From positions 512,514 to 576,513 of the forward strand of contig CAVRZA010000001.1 in NCBI GenBank assembly GCA_963725665.1: a stretch of DNA of 64,000 bases. The letters are read 5' to 3'. Origin of the DNA: an uncultured Actinomycetes bacterium (GTDB lineage: Bacteria; Actinomycetota; Thermoleophilia; UBA2241). The notes below the pieces were generated by a model. The model did no database searches and had not been told where the DNA came from. It worked only from the letters and a program-made list of their open reading frames with translations. A program made the position numbers and the translations under genes. Of this stretch, positions 10,133 through 19,648 are shown piece after piece; position 1 is the first letter of the stretch; the number at the start of each line of letters is the position of its first letter.

Positions 10133-11308
10133 ATGACGAGAGCCGTCGTCACCGGCAACCAGGCCGCCGGCCACGCGCTCGTCGCGGCCGGCGAAGCCAA
10201 CCGCGCCGCCCGCGGCTGCGGCGGTGGCTGCTACCCCATCACGCCTCAGACCGAGATCATCGAGAACGTCATGGCGGCGCGCTTCAGCAAAGGGAGCTTC
10301 GTCGCCGTGGAATCGGAGCACAGCGCCATGGCGGTCTGCATCGGCGCCTCGCTCGCGGGAGCGCGCTCCTTCACCGCCAGCTCCTCCAACGGACTCCTGT
10401 ACATGACGGAGAACGTCTTCGCTGCCGGACTGGCACGCCTGCCCATCGTCATGGTGGTGTCCAATCGCACGATCGGTCCGCCGTGGAACATCTGGGCCGA
10501 CCACGGCGACAGCCTCGCCCTGCGCGACGCACCCTGGCTGCAGCTCTACTGCGACTCGCATCAGGACCTGGTGGACACCACCCTGCTCGCCTTTCGCGTC
10601 GCCGAGGACCCGCGCGTGCTGCTCCCCGTGATGGTGACCCAGGACGGCTTCCTCCTCTCGCACACCAGCATGGTGTGCGACCTCCCGTCGCAGGATCTCG
10701 TGGACGACTACCTGCCCCCGCTCGACCTGGCGCTGCGGGCGCGGGCCGACCACCCGCGCACCTACGGACAGATGATGAGCCCGCGCGAGACGCAGCGGCA
10801 CCGCGAGGAGATCCAGGCGGCGATGGAAAGGGTGCCCGAGGTGCTCGACGAGGCCGGCGCGGAGTTCGCGCGTGTCTTCGGCCGCCGGCCGCGCGGCGCC
10901 TTTGAGGCGCAGCACACTGCCGACGCCGACACGGTACTCATCGCCTCGGGCACCACGGTGAGCACGCTGCGCAGCGTCGTGGAGGCGCGCCGCAGCGCCG
11001 GCGAGAAGGTCGGGCTGGTGCAGCTCAAGCTCTTCCGCCCGTTCCTCAGGGACGAGCTCTCGCGCGCGATCGGCAGCGCACGGCGCGTGGCCGTGCTCGA
11101 TCGCGACCACTCGCCCGGGTCGGGCGGCGTCATGTGGAATGAGATCGCGACCAGCTTGAGGGAACGACCCGACGTGCTGCTGCAGGGCTACATCGTCGGG
11201 CTCGGCGGCGGCGAAGTCGACCCGCCGCTCATCGAGCTTGTCCTCGACGACCTCGCCGGCCGCGAACGCGCAGACGCGCCGGTCTTCTTCCCACAGGAGG
11301 TGACCTGA
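10133..11308 (+). CDS. porA: Pyruvate/2-oxoacid:ferredoxin oxidoreductase alpha subunit
   Basis: YPITPQTE, VESEHSA, TASSSNGL, DGFLLSHT, KLFRPF. Confidence 0.9.
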   Translation: MTRAVVTGNQAAGHALVAAGEANRAARGCGGGCYPITPQTEIIENVMAARFSKGSFVAVESEHSAMAVCIGASLAGARSFTASSSNGLLYMTENVFAAGLARLPIVMVVSNRTIGPPWNIWADHGDSLALRDAPWLQLYCDSHQDLVDTTLLAFRVAEDPRVLLPVMVTQDGFLLSHTSMVCDLPSQDLVDDYLPPLDLALRARADHPRTYGQMMSPRETQRHREEIQAAMERVPEVLDEAGAEFARVFGRRPRGAFEAQHTADADTVLIASGTTVSTLRSVVEARRSAGEKVGLVQLKLFRPFLRDELSRAIGSARRVAVLDRDHSPGSGGVMWNEIATSLRERPDVLLQGYIVGLGGGEVDPPLIELVLDDLAGRERADAPVFFPQEVT

Positions 11309-11310
11309 CC

Positions 11311-12216
11311 ATGGCGACCTCCCTGCCAGCGCCCGGCACGGCGCCCCGCCCTCACATCCTTCGCCCGGACAGCACCAACTGCCCCGGCTGCGCGATGTCG
11401 GTGGGCCTGCAGTGGCTCAACGAGGCGCTCGGCGCGGCGACGCCGACGCTGGTCATCCCGGCGTGCTGTGCCGCCGTCACTCCCGGGGCCTTTCCCGCCA
11501 GCGCCTACAGCGTTCCGGCCATTGAAACCACCTTCGCCAGCGCCGCCGCCGTGGCGACGGGCATCGCCCGCGTGCGACAGCTGAATGGGGAGGCCGACCC
11601 CACGATCTGCTGGGCCGGCGACGGCGGCACCTATGACATCGGCCTGGCGACGCTCTCCGCCGCCGCCGAGCGCAACGAAGATGTCCTCTACATCTGCTAC
11701 GACAACGAGATCTACGGCAACACCGGGGGCCAGCGCAGCGGCGCCACGCAGCGCGGCGCCAAGACGACCACCACCCCGCGCGGCAAGGCCGAGACCAAGA
11801 AGGACATCATGGCGATCATGGCCGCGCATCGCGTCCCTTACGCAGCGACGCTGTCGCTCGCCCACCGTGACGACTTTCTGCGCAAGATGCGTTTGGCTCT
11901 GGGCATGCCGGGCTTCCGCTTCCTGCTCATGCTGTCGCCCTGCCCGGCGGGCTGGAAGTCGGATCCCGCCGAGAGCGTCGAGCTCGTCCGCCTCGCGGTG
12001 GCCTGTGGCCTCTTCCCGCTGTACGAGGTATTCGACGGCGAGCGCTACCGCATCAACGCGCGCGCCGACGACACGCCGCTCGACGACTACTTGGGCCGAC
12101 AGGGGCGCTTCCGCTCTGTGGCGCCGGCCCTGGACGATCTGCGCGCCCAAATGGAACGCGATTGGGCGCGCCTCGATGGGCTGGCGCGGGCATTCCCGGC
12201 GGAGGCCCCCGCGTAG
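11311..12216 (+). CDS. porB: 2-oxoacid:ferredoxin oxidoreductase beta subunit (TPP-binding)
   Basis: CPGC, GDGGTYDIG…DNEIYGNTGGQRS, SPCPAGW. Confidence 0.9.
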   Translation: MATSLPAPGTAPRPHILRPDSTNCPGCAMSVGLQWLNEALGAATPTLVIPACCAAVTPGAFPASAYSVPAIETTFASAAAVATGIARVRQLNGEADPTICWAGDGGTYDIGLATLSAAAERNEDVLYICYDNEIYGNTGGQRSGATQRGAKTTTTPRGKAETKKDIMAIMAAHRVPYAATLSLAHRDDFLRKMRLALGMPGFRFLLMLSPCPAGWKSDPAESVELVRLAVACGLFPLYEVFDGERYRINARADDTPLDDYLGRQGRFRSVAPALDDLRAQMERDWARLDGLARAFPAEAPA

Positions 12217-12220
12217 CAGC

Positions 12221-12784
12221 ATGGCGCGCTCCCGTCGCTCGAGCCGGCGGCGCTCGTCGGCACGCCAGCACGTCACTCTGGTCCTCGTGATGGCCGTGAT
12301 CGCGACCCTGGCGCTCGTCGCCTGCGGCGGCTCGAGCACCACGGCAGCGACCTCGCAGAGCGCGACCACTTCGCTGGCCGCGGGTAAGACCATCTTCCAA
12401 ACGGGCGTCCTTGACGGACAGCCGATTCCGCGAACGGGCAGCAGCGGCGGTGGCATGATGAACGGCGGCGGGATGGGCGGTAGCGGAGCGAGCGGCGGCA
12501 TGATGCGCGCCGGCTGCGCGACCTGCCACGGCTCCGACGGCCACGGACGCACCACGCCGGCGTTCACTGCGCCGAACATCACCTACAGCAACCTGACCGA
12601 CCCGCAGGGCATGCTGCAGCCGGACGGTACGCGTGGCCCTACGTACACGGATGCCACGCTGCGCACAGCCGTCACGCAGGGCCTCGACCCGCAGGGCAGC
12701 CGCCTGGAGTCGCCCATGCCGCAATGGCAGCTCAGCGGCCCTCAATGGGCTGACCTGCTCGCCTACCTCAAAACGCTGCGCTGA
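12221..12784 (+). CDS. Monoheme cytochrome c lipoprotein
   Basis: Lipobox-like LVAC; heme motif CATCH; distal MPQW. Confidence 0.8.
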   Translation: MARSRRSSRRRSSARQHVTLVLVMAVIATLALVACGGSSTTAATSQSATTSLAAGKTIFQTGVLDGQPIPRTGSSGGGMMNGGGMGGSGASGGMMRAGCATCHGSDGHGRTTPAFTAPNITYSNLTDPQGMLQPDGTRGPTYTDATLRTAVTQGLDPQGSRLESPMPQWQLSGPQWADLLAYLKTLR

Positions 12785-12820
12785 AGACAGGGCGTCCCCG
12801 GCACCGGGTAAGAAGCCCCC

Positions 12821-12897
12821 ATGGTCGCCGCGAGCCTTCCCGCCGAGATCGGCCGCGCACTCAGCATGGCCTTCGCCGTGTTCTGGGAGATCCTGCC
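12821..12897 (+). pseudogene. Possible permease N-terminal fragment
   Basis: IGRALSMAFAVFWEIL resembles starts of actinobacterial permeases; similarity ends abruptly. Confidence 0.35.
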
Positions 12898-13004
12898 CAT
12901 CCCTCCCGCCCGGGCACAGTGCTATTGTCGTATGAAGAAGGCGGCCGCTGGGCCATGTCCGTCAAGGTGGTGTACGAAGGAGCTCGCTCCTCCTCGCCTG
13001 ATCC

Positions 13005-13790
13005 TCAGCCGACGGCCGCTACGAGCGCCGGCATGACCTCCTCCTCGTTTGCGTCATCGTCGCTCGCCTCGAGCTCGGCCGGGGGCCTCGTCAGCGCGGC
13101 CAGCGAGTCGGCGCTCATGTAGCGCCGCGCTACGGCCCACTCGTCGTCTTGTTCGGCGAGCACCATGCCGACGAGGCGCACGACGGCCTCGCGGCCGGGG
13201 AAGATGCCGACCACGTCGCTTCTGCGGCGGATCTCGCGGTTGAGACGCTCCTGGGGGTTGTTGGACCAGATCTGCCGCCAGTGGGCCAGCGGGAAGGCGG
13301 CGAAGGCGGTGATGTCGGGCGCTGCCCGCTCGAGCAGCTCGGCGGCGGCCGGGAAGCGCCTGGCGAGCTGCTCGGACACGCGCTCCAGCTGGGCCGCGAC
13401 CTCCGCGGCGGAGGGCTGCGCGAAGATGGTGCGCACCAGGGTGGCCACGAAGGGCTGGGCGCTGCGCGGCACGCGGGCCAGCAGGTTGCGCATGAAGTGC
13501 GTTCTGCACCTCTGCCAGCTGGCCCCGCTCAGGTGCGCGTCGATCGCCCGCGTGAGGCCGCGGTGATCATCGCTGATGACGAGCTGCACCCCGGCCAGGC
13601 CGCGGGAGGTGAGGCCGGCCAGGAAGTCGCTCCAGGCGGCCTCGTCCTCGCTTGTGAAGACGTCGAGGCCGAGGATCTCACGCAGGCCGTCAGCGCTGAC
13701 CGCCGTCGCGACCACGACGGCGACGCGCACGATACGCCCCTCTTCCCGCGTCTTCATGGCCAGTGCGTCGAGCCACAGGTACTCGATGTG
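13005..13790 (-). mobile_element. IS256-family transposase, 5'-truncated
   Basis: YLWLDA…REILG…LVISDDHRGL…WQRCRTHFMRN…IWSNNPQERLNREIRRR. Confidence 0.9.
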
Positions 13791-13937
13791 ACTGTCCTCA
13801 CTCAAGTGAGGTACCTGCCGGACCCCATTCATTGCTCCACTTCTTATGTTAGTCGCAGGGGCGCGACAGGTACCGTATCGCATGAAGAGTCTGCCAAGCG
13901 CGCCTAGACGCGTGGCCCACGACGCCGAGGAGGCACC

Positions 13938-14201
13938 ATGCCGACCGTAATCGGATATCACGATGTCAAGGACAAGGACCACTGGCTTGCCTCGCCAAAG
14001 CGCGAAGAGGTTTTCGGGCCCCTGGGGGTTACCAACATCCGCACGTTCGTCGACCCGGAGAAGCCAACCCGAGTAGCCGTGCTCATGGACGTTGCTGACA
14101 TGGACGCCCTCATGGCCGCGATGCAGACCGAAGCGATGGCCGAGGCCATGGCGTACGACGGCGTGCTGCCCGAAACCCTGGTGATCCTCGTCGAGGCGTA
14201 G
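13938..14201 (+). CDS. Small hypothetical protein, 87 aa (dimeric alpha/beta-barrel-like)
   Basis: GAGGAGG RBS, good codon usage; ends ~47 nt before remnant R3. Confidence 0.8.
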   Translation: MPTVIGYHDVKDKDHWLASPKREEVFGPLGVTNIRTFVDPEKPTRVAVLMDVADMDALMAAMQTEAMAEAMAYDGVLPETLVILVEA

Positions 14202-14248
14202 TTCACTTTCTCACTTGGCCAAGAGCCACTTGAACCACCCAGCTCGAG

Positions 14249-14379
14249 CTAGGTGGCGAACACCAGCCCGGCGATCAGCGCCCCCGCCTCCTCCTGCATC
14301 GCCGGGATGGCGTGCGAGTAGGTGTCGAGGGTGATCGAGACGGTGGCATGTCCGAGGCGCTCTGAGACGACCTTGGGAT
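14249..14379 (-). repeat. Integrase 3'-end remnant R3
   Basis: Encodes PKVVSERLGHATVSITLDTYSHAIPAMQEEAGALIAGLVFAT*. Confidence 0.95.
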
Positions 14380-14475
14380 CGCTGTCATGCCCGCTCGGTT
14401 ACAGCGCCCGCCCGGCAAGGGCGATCCTGAGATCGGTTTGCTCTGATCGCCTCGACCCAAAGGTGGCTCAGCACA

Positions 14476-14790
14476 TCAGCAGTTGTCTCGCTGCCGGCCT
14501 CGCTCCTGAGATGCCGCCAGGCGACAGGTCTCGCAGCAGTAGCGCTTCCTGGGGTTGTCCGTGAAGAAGAGAGAGCCGCAGAGAGGCGATGCGCAGACAG
14601 TCAGGAGCTCTCTCTTTGGATGACGCCGCGGCCGCGTCGCCAAACGTCGCGATTGCTGCGAGCGATGGAGCGCGCAGTAGAGCAGCGAGTTGTAGATGCT
14701 GAGGCGGGCTGAACAACCGGGAGCGGCGCACACGCGTCCGCTGGCGTAGGTCCGGGAAGGCGTTCCGAGAGCCACCACACGATGTCCCAT
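14476..14790 (-). CDS. Cys-rich putative zinc-binding protein
   Basis: CAAPGC…CALH and CASPLC…YCCETC; GGAGG RBS before ATG at 14790. Confidence 0.7.
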   Translation of the reverse strand: MGHRVVALGTPSRTYASGRVCAAPGCSARLSIYNSLLYCALHRSQQSRRLATRPRRHPKRELLTVCASPLCGSLFFTDNPRKRYCCETCRLAASQERGRQRDNC

Positions 14791-15037
14791 GACTGCAAGA
14801 CCTCCTCGTATCCGTGACCTCTTCGCTTGAAGAGGACGTCCCGAGAACATGGTTCGGCAGGGCGTCGGACCGCCGTGAGCCGGATAGACGGATATCCCAG
14901 GCGCTTGCGAGCCTCGCTTTCGCTTAGGATCCGGTCACCTCAGGCGGCATGGCAGCTGCGAATGCGGATGAGCGGGTCCTTCAGATGGCGCGCGCCGAGC
15001 CCTAGCCAGACCTGCCCTCTTGTCGCGCCTCGGCCTA

Positions 15038-15490
15038 TCAGGCCATGTAGTGCGGCGGGCCGTAACTGTCGGACTCGTCGCGCTCGACGAGCGACTCTCC
15101 GCTGCGGTGCAGGTAGCCTTTGCGGACTTCGCCATCGACGATCGCCTTGTGCTCTGCTTTCGAGTGACGGTGATGTCCATGAAGGTCGGTCTCGATGAAC
15201 TCCTTGAAGCGGGCCAAGTCGTGCGCCAGCCGCGCACTGGCGAGCTGTTCCTTGGCGCCCACGTCGGGGGCGCCACCGGGTTCGTAGAGGAACTGCACGC
15301 GGACCGTCGTTCTGCCCTCCGCGAGCTGCTCGTAGGCTACGGTCTCGTGCTTGGCCATGATCTCGCAGCTCCAGGCGTCACAGAGCAGCTTGTAGTTGCC
15401 GACGAGGACCCACTCGGTGAAGCGAGCCCACTCCGCGCGGGCTACCTCGGGCGAAACGTCCACGTCCACTGCTTGTTGGATGGAAACCAT
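15038..15490 (-). CDS. SRPBCC/cyclase-like protein
   Basis: SIQQAVDVDV…W..F at the start and DLARFKEFIE at the end are typical of SRPBCC; GGAGG RBS. Confidence 0.65.
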   Translation of the reverse strand: MVSIQQAVDVDVSPEVARAEWARFTEWVLVGNYKLLCDAWSCEIMAKHETVAYEQLAEGRTTVRVQFLYEPGGAPDVGAKEQLASARLAHDLARFKEFIETDLHGHHRHSKAEHKAIVDGEVRKGYLHRSGESLVERDESDSYGPPHYMA

Positions 15491-15604
15491 GCCTCCACCT
15501 TCCATCCGAGTGCTCCCAACCGGGAGTTGAGAGGGCTATTCCCGAGGCGCAACGGGAGGAATCTGACCGAGCGTTTGAGGGTGCCCCGCTTCGGTGGACA
15601 GTCT

Positions 15605-15673
15605 CGGGTTTGCGTGCGACTAGATGTCGAGCGTGGTCGAGACGGTGGCGTGGCCGAGTCGCTCTGAGACCAC
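15605..15673 (-). repeat. Integrase 3'-end remnant R4 (short, degenerate)
   Basis: Encodes VVSERLGHATVSTTLDI*. Confidence 0.85.
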
Positions 15674-15796
15674 GGTTCCATGTGAGCGATTGCGTGCGAT
15701 GGCCGGGAGTCGTGCGCACCCGATGCGCCCTGGCCGTCTCAGTCCCTCCCAGCCGGCAATCTTCTCCTTGTCCATCAACGCGGGAGGAGGCAGACC

Positions 15797-16550
15797 ATGT
15801 CGCACGTGATCTCACGAGACGGCACGAAGATCGCCTACGAGCAGACCGGTGAGGGCGAGGCGGTTCTGCTGATCGACGGGGCGCTGGGTTCACGGTCGTT
15901 CGGGTTCATGCCGCGACTGGCCGTGATCCTGGCGCCGCACTTCAGCGTCAAGACCTACGATCGTCGTGGCCGGGGCGAAAGTGGCGACACGCCGCCCTAA
16001 GCCGTCGCCCGCGAGGTCGAAGACATCGAGGCGCTCATCGGGCAAGCCGGAGATGCCGCGTCCCTCTTCGGCATCTCCTCGGGCGCGGCCCTCGGCCTGG
16101 AGGCGGCTCTCGGGCTCGGCGAGAAGGTCAAGTCGGTCGCCATGTACGAGCCGCCTTACAACGCCGAGGACGCGCAACTCTGGAGGGACTACGGACGGCG
16201 GCTCAGGGAGCTGCTGGCGGCGGGTCGCCGAGGCAGTGCGGTCGCGCTCTTCATGGCGTTCGTCGGTGTTCCGGCCGAGCAGATCGCGACGATGCGTGAG
16301 ACGCCCTTGTGGTCGATGCTCGAAGCCGTGGCACCGACGCTTGCCTATGACGAATCCGTTCTGGGGATGGACCGCGCCGTGCCTACCGCACGGGCGGCGG
16401 ATCCTGAGGGCGCCGGCGCTCGTGATGAACGGCGGCGAGAGCTACCCGTTCATGCGCGACACGGCAAGAGCCCTGGCGGACAGCATCCCGGCGGGGCGCT
16501 ATCACGAGCTCGAAGGCCAGCGTCACGACGTGGCCGTGGAGGCCCTGGCA
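15797..16550 (+). pseudogene. Alpha/beta hydrolase, disrupted
   Basis: SRDGTKIAY, YDRRGRGESGD, G.SSGA, MYEPP; in-frame TAA at 15998-16000, frameshift near 16400, 3' end lost. Confidence 0.85.
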
Positions 16551-16559
16551 CCCGGCCGG

Positions 16560-16872
16560 CCGACTCCGATCCCTACCACGACGCACCGACGATCATCCTG
16601 GTGCTCGCCGATCAGACCAAGGTCACGCCCGTCGAGGACGCAAGCCTCGCCCTGGGCAACATGTTCAACGCCGCCTACTCCCTGGGTCTGGGCTCCTGTT
16701 GGGTGCACCGTGAAAGGCAGATGTTCGCCAGCGACCAAGGCCAGGCGCTGCTCAAGAAGTGGGGCGTGGAGGGTGACTACGTCGTGTGGGGGCCTGCGTC
16801 CTCGGTTACCCCGAGGGCGAACACCCGCAGGCGGCCCCGCGCAAGGACGGTTCTGTGGTGATGGTGAGGTAG
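16560..16872 (+). pseudogene. Nitroreductase C-terminal fragment
   Basis: PYHDAPTIILV…EDASLALGNMFNAAYSLGLGSCWVHR…LGYP; directly joined to the hydrolase remnant. Confidence 0.8.
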
Positions 16873-16915
16873 CGTACTCAGCGCTCGCGCGCGACGATCC
16901 TTTTCTAGGCTCGAC

Positions 16916-17172
16916 CTACTTAGCTGCGAAGACCAGTTCGGCGATTCTCGTCGCCGCCTCTTCTTGCATCGCCGGGATGGCGTGCGAGTGAGTGTCGAGC
17001 GGATTGCGACGGTGACGTGCCCGAGGCGCTCGGAGACGACCGTGGGATGTACGCCCGCTTGCAGAGCAAGGGTGGCGTGGGCGTGCCGCAGGTCATGCGG
17101 CCTGATCTGCGGCAGCATCGCCTTCTTCTCTGCCCGTCGGAAGTGGCGCGTGACTGTCTCCGGGTCGAGCGC
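16916..17172 (-). repeat. Integrase 3'-end remnant R5 (longest)
   Basis: ALDPETVTRHFRRA…MLPQIRPHDLRHAHATLALQAGVHP…, then after a frameshift AIPAMQEEAATRIAELVFAAK*. Confidence 0.95.
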
Positions 17173-17223
17173 GCTGGTGTTCTTGACGGACGCCGCCACA
17201 CCCTGCGTTTGAGCCCGTTATTA

Positions 17224-17628
17224 TCACATAGCGGCGATGTTGACGATGTTGTCCTCGCTGTCCTTGAACCAGGCTGCCTTGGTGCCCTCGAACTCGGCGA
17301 TGCCGTTCACGGTCTTGAGTCCGATCTCGGGCAAGTCATAGTCCTCGAACGTCACACCCTTGGCTCGCAGATCGGCGGCGACCTCATCGAACTTGTCGCG
17401 GGGTAGGCCGAAACCCAAGGCCGTGCTCTGCGGTGCCGGCATGCCGGGGCGTTCATAGATCATGACCATGGTGCCATCGCCCGCCGTGAACATGGCCATG
17501 CCCTCGCTCGCGGGACCGGGGACGTCGCCCGGCCTGAGGCCCAACACGTCGGTGTAGAACTTCTTGGCGCGACCAAGGTCCTCGGCCCGCAGCACAGCTG
17601 CAGCCGGGTGGTCCCCGAGACTAGCCAT
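17224..17628 (-). CDS. VOC (glyoxalase/bleomycin resistance) family protein
   Basis: DLGRAKKFYTDVLGL…LRAKGVTFEDYD…AWFKDSEDNI. Confidence 0.85.
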   Translation of the reverse strand: MASLGDHPAAAVLRAEDLGRAKKFYTDVLGLRPGDVPGPASEGMAMFTAGDGTMVMIYERPGMPAPQSTALGFGLPRDKFDEVAADLRAKGVTFEDYDLPEIGLKTVNGIAEFEGTKAAWFKDSEDNIVNIAAM

Positions 17629-17815
17629 CATGCACATCCTCTCTCTCGCCTCATCGGTCACTCCCATGACTTCCCCCGTCCCCGCGTGGGAAAGCGGATT
17701 GTCGTTTGCGCTCGCTCGCGCACGCGGGTGACGCGGGCGTCGCAAGGGGCACAGTGGCGGGCGCACGCAGGACGTTGGTTTCGAGTCCAAGGGCAGGCGC
17801 TCGACGTGCAACCGT

Positions 17816-17929
17816 CTAGTTCCCCGCGAACACCAGCCCCGCGATCAGCGCCGCCGCCTCCTCCTGCATCGCCGGGATGGCGTGCGAGTAGGTGTCGAGG
17901 GTGATCGCGACGGTGGCGTGTCCGGGGCG
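17816..17929 (-). repeat. Integrase 3'-end remnant R6
   Basis: RPGHATVAITLDTYSHAIPAMQEEAAALIAGLVFAGN*. Confidence 0.95.
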
Positions 17930-18030
17930 AATCGCCACGGGCATCCCCTGTGATGGCGTCTTCACCGGCCTGTCGGACGCCGGATTGGGGGAGAACACTG
18001 CAAGACAGGGACTGAGGAGGTGTCGCGCGC

Positions 18031-18474
18031 ATGGCTCGTCTGGTGGGAATCAATCACGTAGCGCTCGAAGTCGCAGACGTCGGCGAGGCCCTTGACTGGT
18101 ACGGGCGCTTCTTCTCCTTCGATTTGCGTGGCAGAGTCGGCTCGAGGGCGGCCTTCATCGACATGGGCGACCAGTTCCTCGCGCTCATGGCGGGACGTAC
18201 GCAGCCCCCCGACGCGGTAAGGCACGTCGGGCTGGTGGTCGACGATAAGGAAGCTGTGCGACGGCAGCTCAGGCGGGAGGGCATAAGCGTGCAGGAATCC
18301 GGATCTCTGGACTTCACAGATCCCTGGGGTAACCACGTGCAGGTCGTCGACTACCGCGAGATCCAGTTCACGAAGGCCCCGTCGGTGCTGCGCGGCATGG
18401 GGCTCGAGGAGCTTGGCAAGACCGAGCAGGCGCTCGATGAGCTGCGCAAGAAGGGACTCGCCCGTGAGCCATAG
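18031..18474 (+). CDS. VOC family protein
   Basis: GINHVALEVAD…HVGLVVDD…DPWGNHVQVV. Confidence 0.9.
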   Translation: MARLVGINHVALEVADVGEALDWYGRFFSFDLRGRVGSRAAFIDMGDQFLALMAGRTQPPDAVRHVGLVVDDKEAVRRQLRREGISVQESGSLDFTDPWGNHVQVVDYREIQFTKAPSVLRGMGLEELGKTEQALDELRKKGLAREP

Positions 18475-18517
18475 CGGACTGAGGAGTCCGTGGCGGAACG
18501 AACCTCTCTGGGCTCAC

Positions 18518-18694
18518 CTACTCGCCTGCGAACACCAGCCGCGCGATCAGTGCCGCCGCCTCCTCCTGCATCGCCGGAATGGCGTGCGAGTAGGTGTCGA
18601 GCGTGATCGAGACAGTCGCCGTGTCCGAGACGTTCGCTGACGACCTTCGGGTGAACACCGGATGCAGGGCGAGGGTGGCGTGGGTGTGGCGTAG
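18518..18694 (-). repeat. Integrase 3'-end remnant R7
   Basis: LRHTHATLAL…HPKVVSERLGH…ITLDTYSHAIPAMQEEAAALIA.LVFAGE*, with small indels. Confidence 0.95.
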
Positions 18695-18939
18695 ACCGCC
18701 GTCACTCCCGCAGTGGTCGGGCTGGGACCCTCGTCGCAGTGGGCCCGGGCGGGTGCCAGGCCGGCGGCGACCGATAGCGCCGCTGCGAAGCCTCTGGTCA
18801 GCCGCCTCGGGGGGTGCGGCGGGTGCCCTATGCCCTGGCCGGGGGAATAGATAGTTGCACGGTCAAATGGCCGTGGCGTCGTGGCCGGCGAGAACAGTCT
18901 CGGCGGCGGACGCGTCCAGTCGCCAACGAGGACTATGCC

Positions 18940-19233
18940 ATGCCCGCACTCACCTCCCCGAAGACCTTCGACTGCGAGATCTGCAGCGCGGTCCTGAAGT
19001 CGCAGCGGGACCTCGACAACCATATGTGCTTGCTTCACGACGACTGCGGTGAGGCACGGCTCGGCACCCCGATCACGTTTCGCTGCGCCACCTGCGGGGA
19101 GGCCTTCGCGCGCCGCGGCGACCTGTATGCTCACCTGCGCCAGCGCCGCCACGGACACCCCGCCGAGTGGGATATGGCGCGTCCGCCGGGTGCGCAGCGC
19201 CTGCGCGGCCGGCCTGGGCGTCGCAGCGGCTGA
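18940..19233 (+). CDS. Protein with two C2H2-type zinc fingers
   Basis: FDCEICSAVLKSQRDLDNHMCLLH and FRCATCGEAFARRGDLYAHLRQRRH. Confidence 0.75.
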   Translation: MPALTSPKTFDCEICSAVLKSQRDLDNHMCLLHDDCGEARLGTPITFRCATCGEAFARRGDLYAHLRQRRHGHPAEWDMARPPGAQRLRGRPGRRSG

Positions 19234-19316
19234 CGGCCGGTCTCTGCTGTCAGCCAGTAGCGGCGGCTGACGCTCCCGATCATGCGCGGCGCCATGCTCC
19301 TTCGCGGCGCCCCCGC

Positions 19317-19460
19317 CTGTTTCGTCGCGACCAACAGCCCGGCGATCAGTGCCGCCGCCTCCTCCTGCAGCGCCGGGACGGCGTGCGAGTAGGTGTCGAG
19401 GGTGATGGAAACGGTGGCGTGACCGAGACGCTCCGAGACCACCTTGGGGTGGATGCCCGC
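19317..19460 (-). repeat. Integrase 3'-end remnant R8
   Basis: AGIHPKVVSERLGHATVSITLDTYSHAVPALQEEAAALIAGLLVATK. Confidence 0.95.
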
Positions 19461-19648
19461 GTGTGCGCCACGTGCAACGTGGTTCGAAGATAAGTAAGCC
19501 GCTTTGCAGGGAAGACTAATTTCACCAAGGACGCCGACATGACGGCCCTCAAAATAGCCGCGCGGGGAAGCTGATGTTGGCGAGATGAGTGCAGTATCCA
19601 CTCCGAGGGCTCAAAGCGGCCAGCGGAGAGCGAGGAAGGTGACTCACC

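Noticed and set aside
2120-13907. Long antisense or alternate-frame ORFs (e.g. 2120-3385, 7795-8802, 11188-12582, 13149-13907)
   Set aside because: Shadow ORFs of high-GC genes, with Arg/Ala/Pro-rich translations and no motifs
17770-17800. tRNA-like GGTTTCGAGTCC
   Set aside because: No acceptor stem, anticodon arm or CCA could be built
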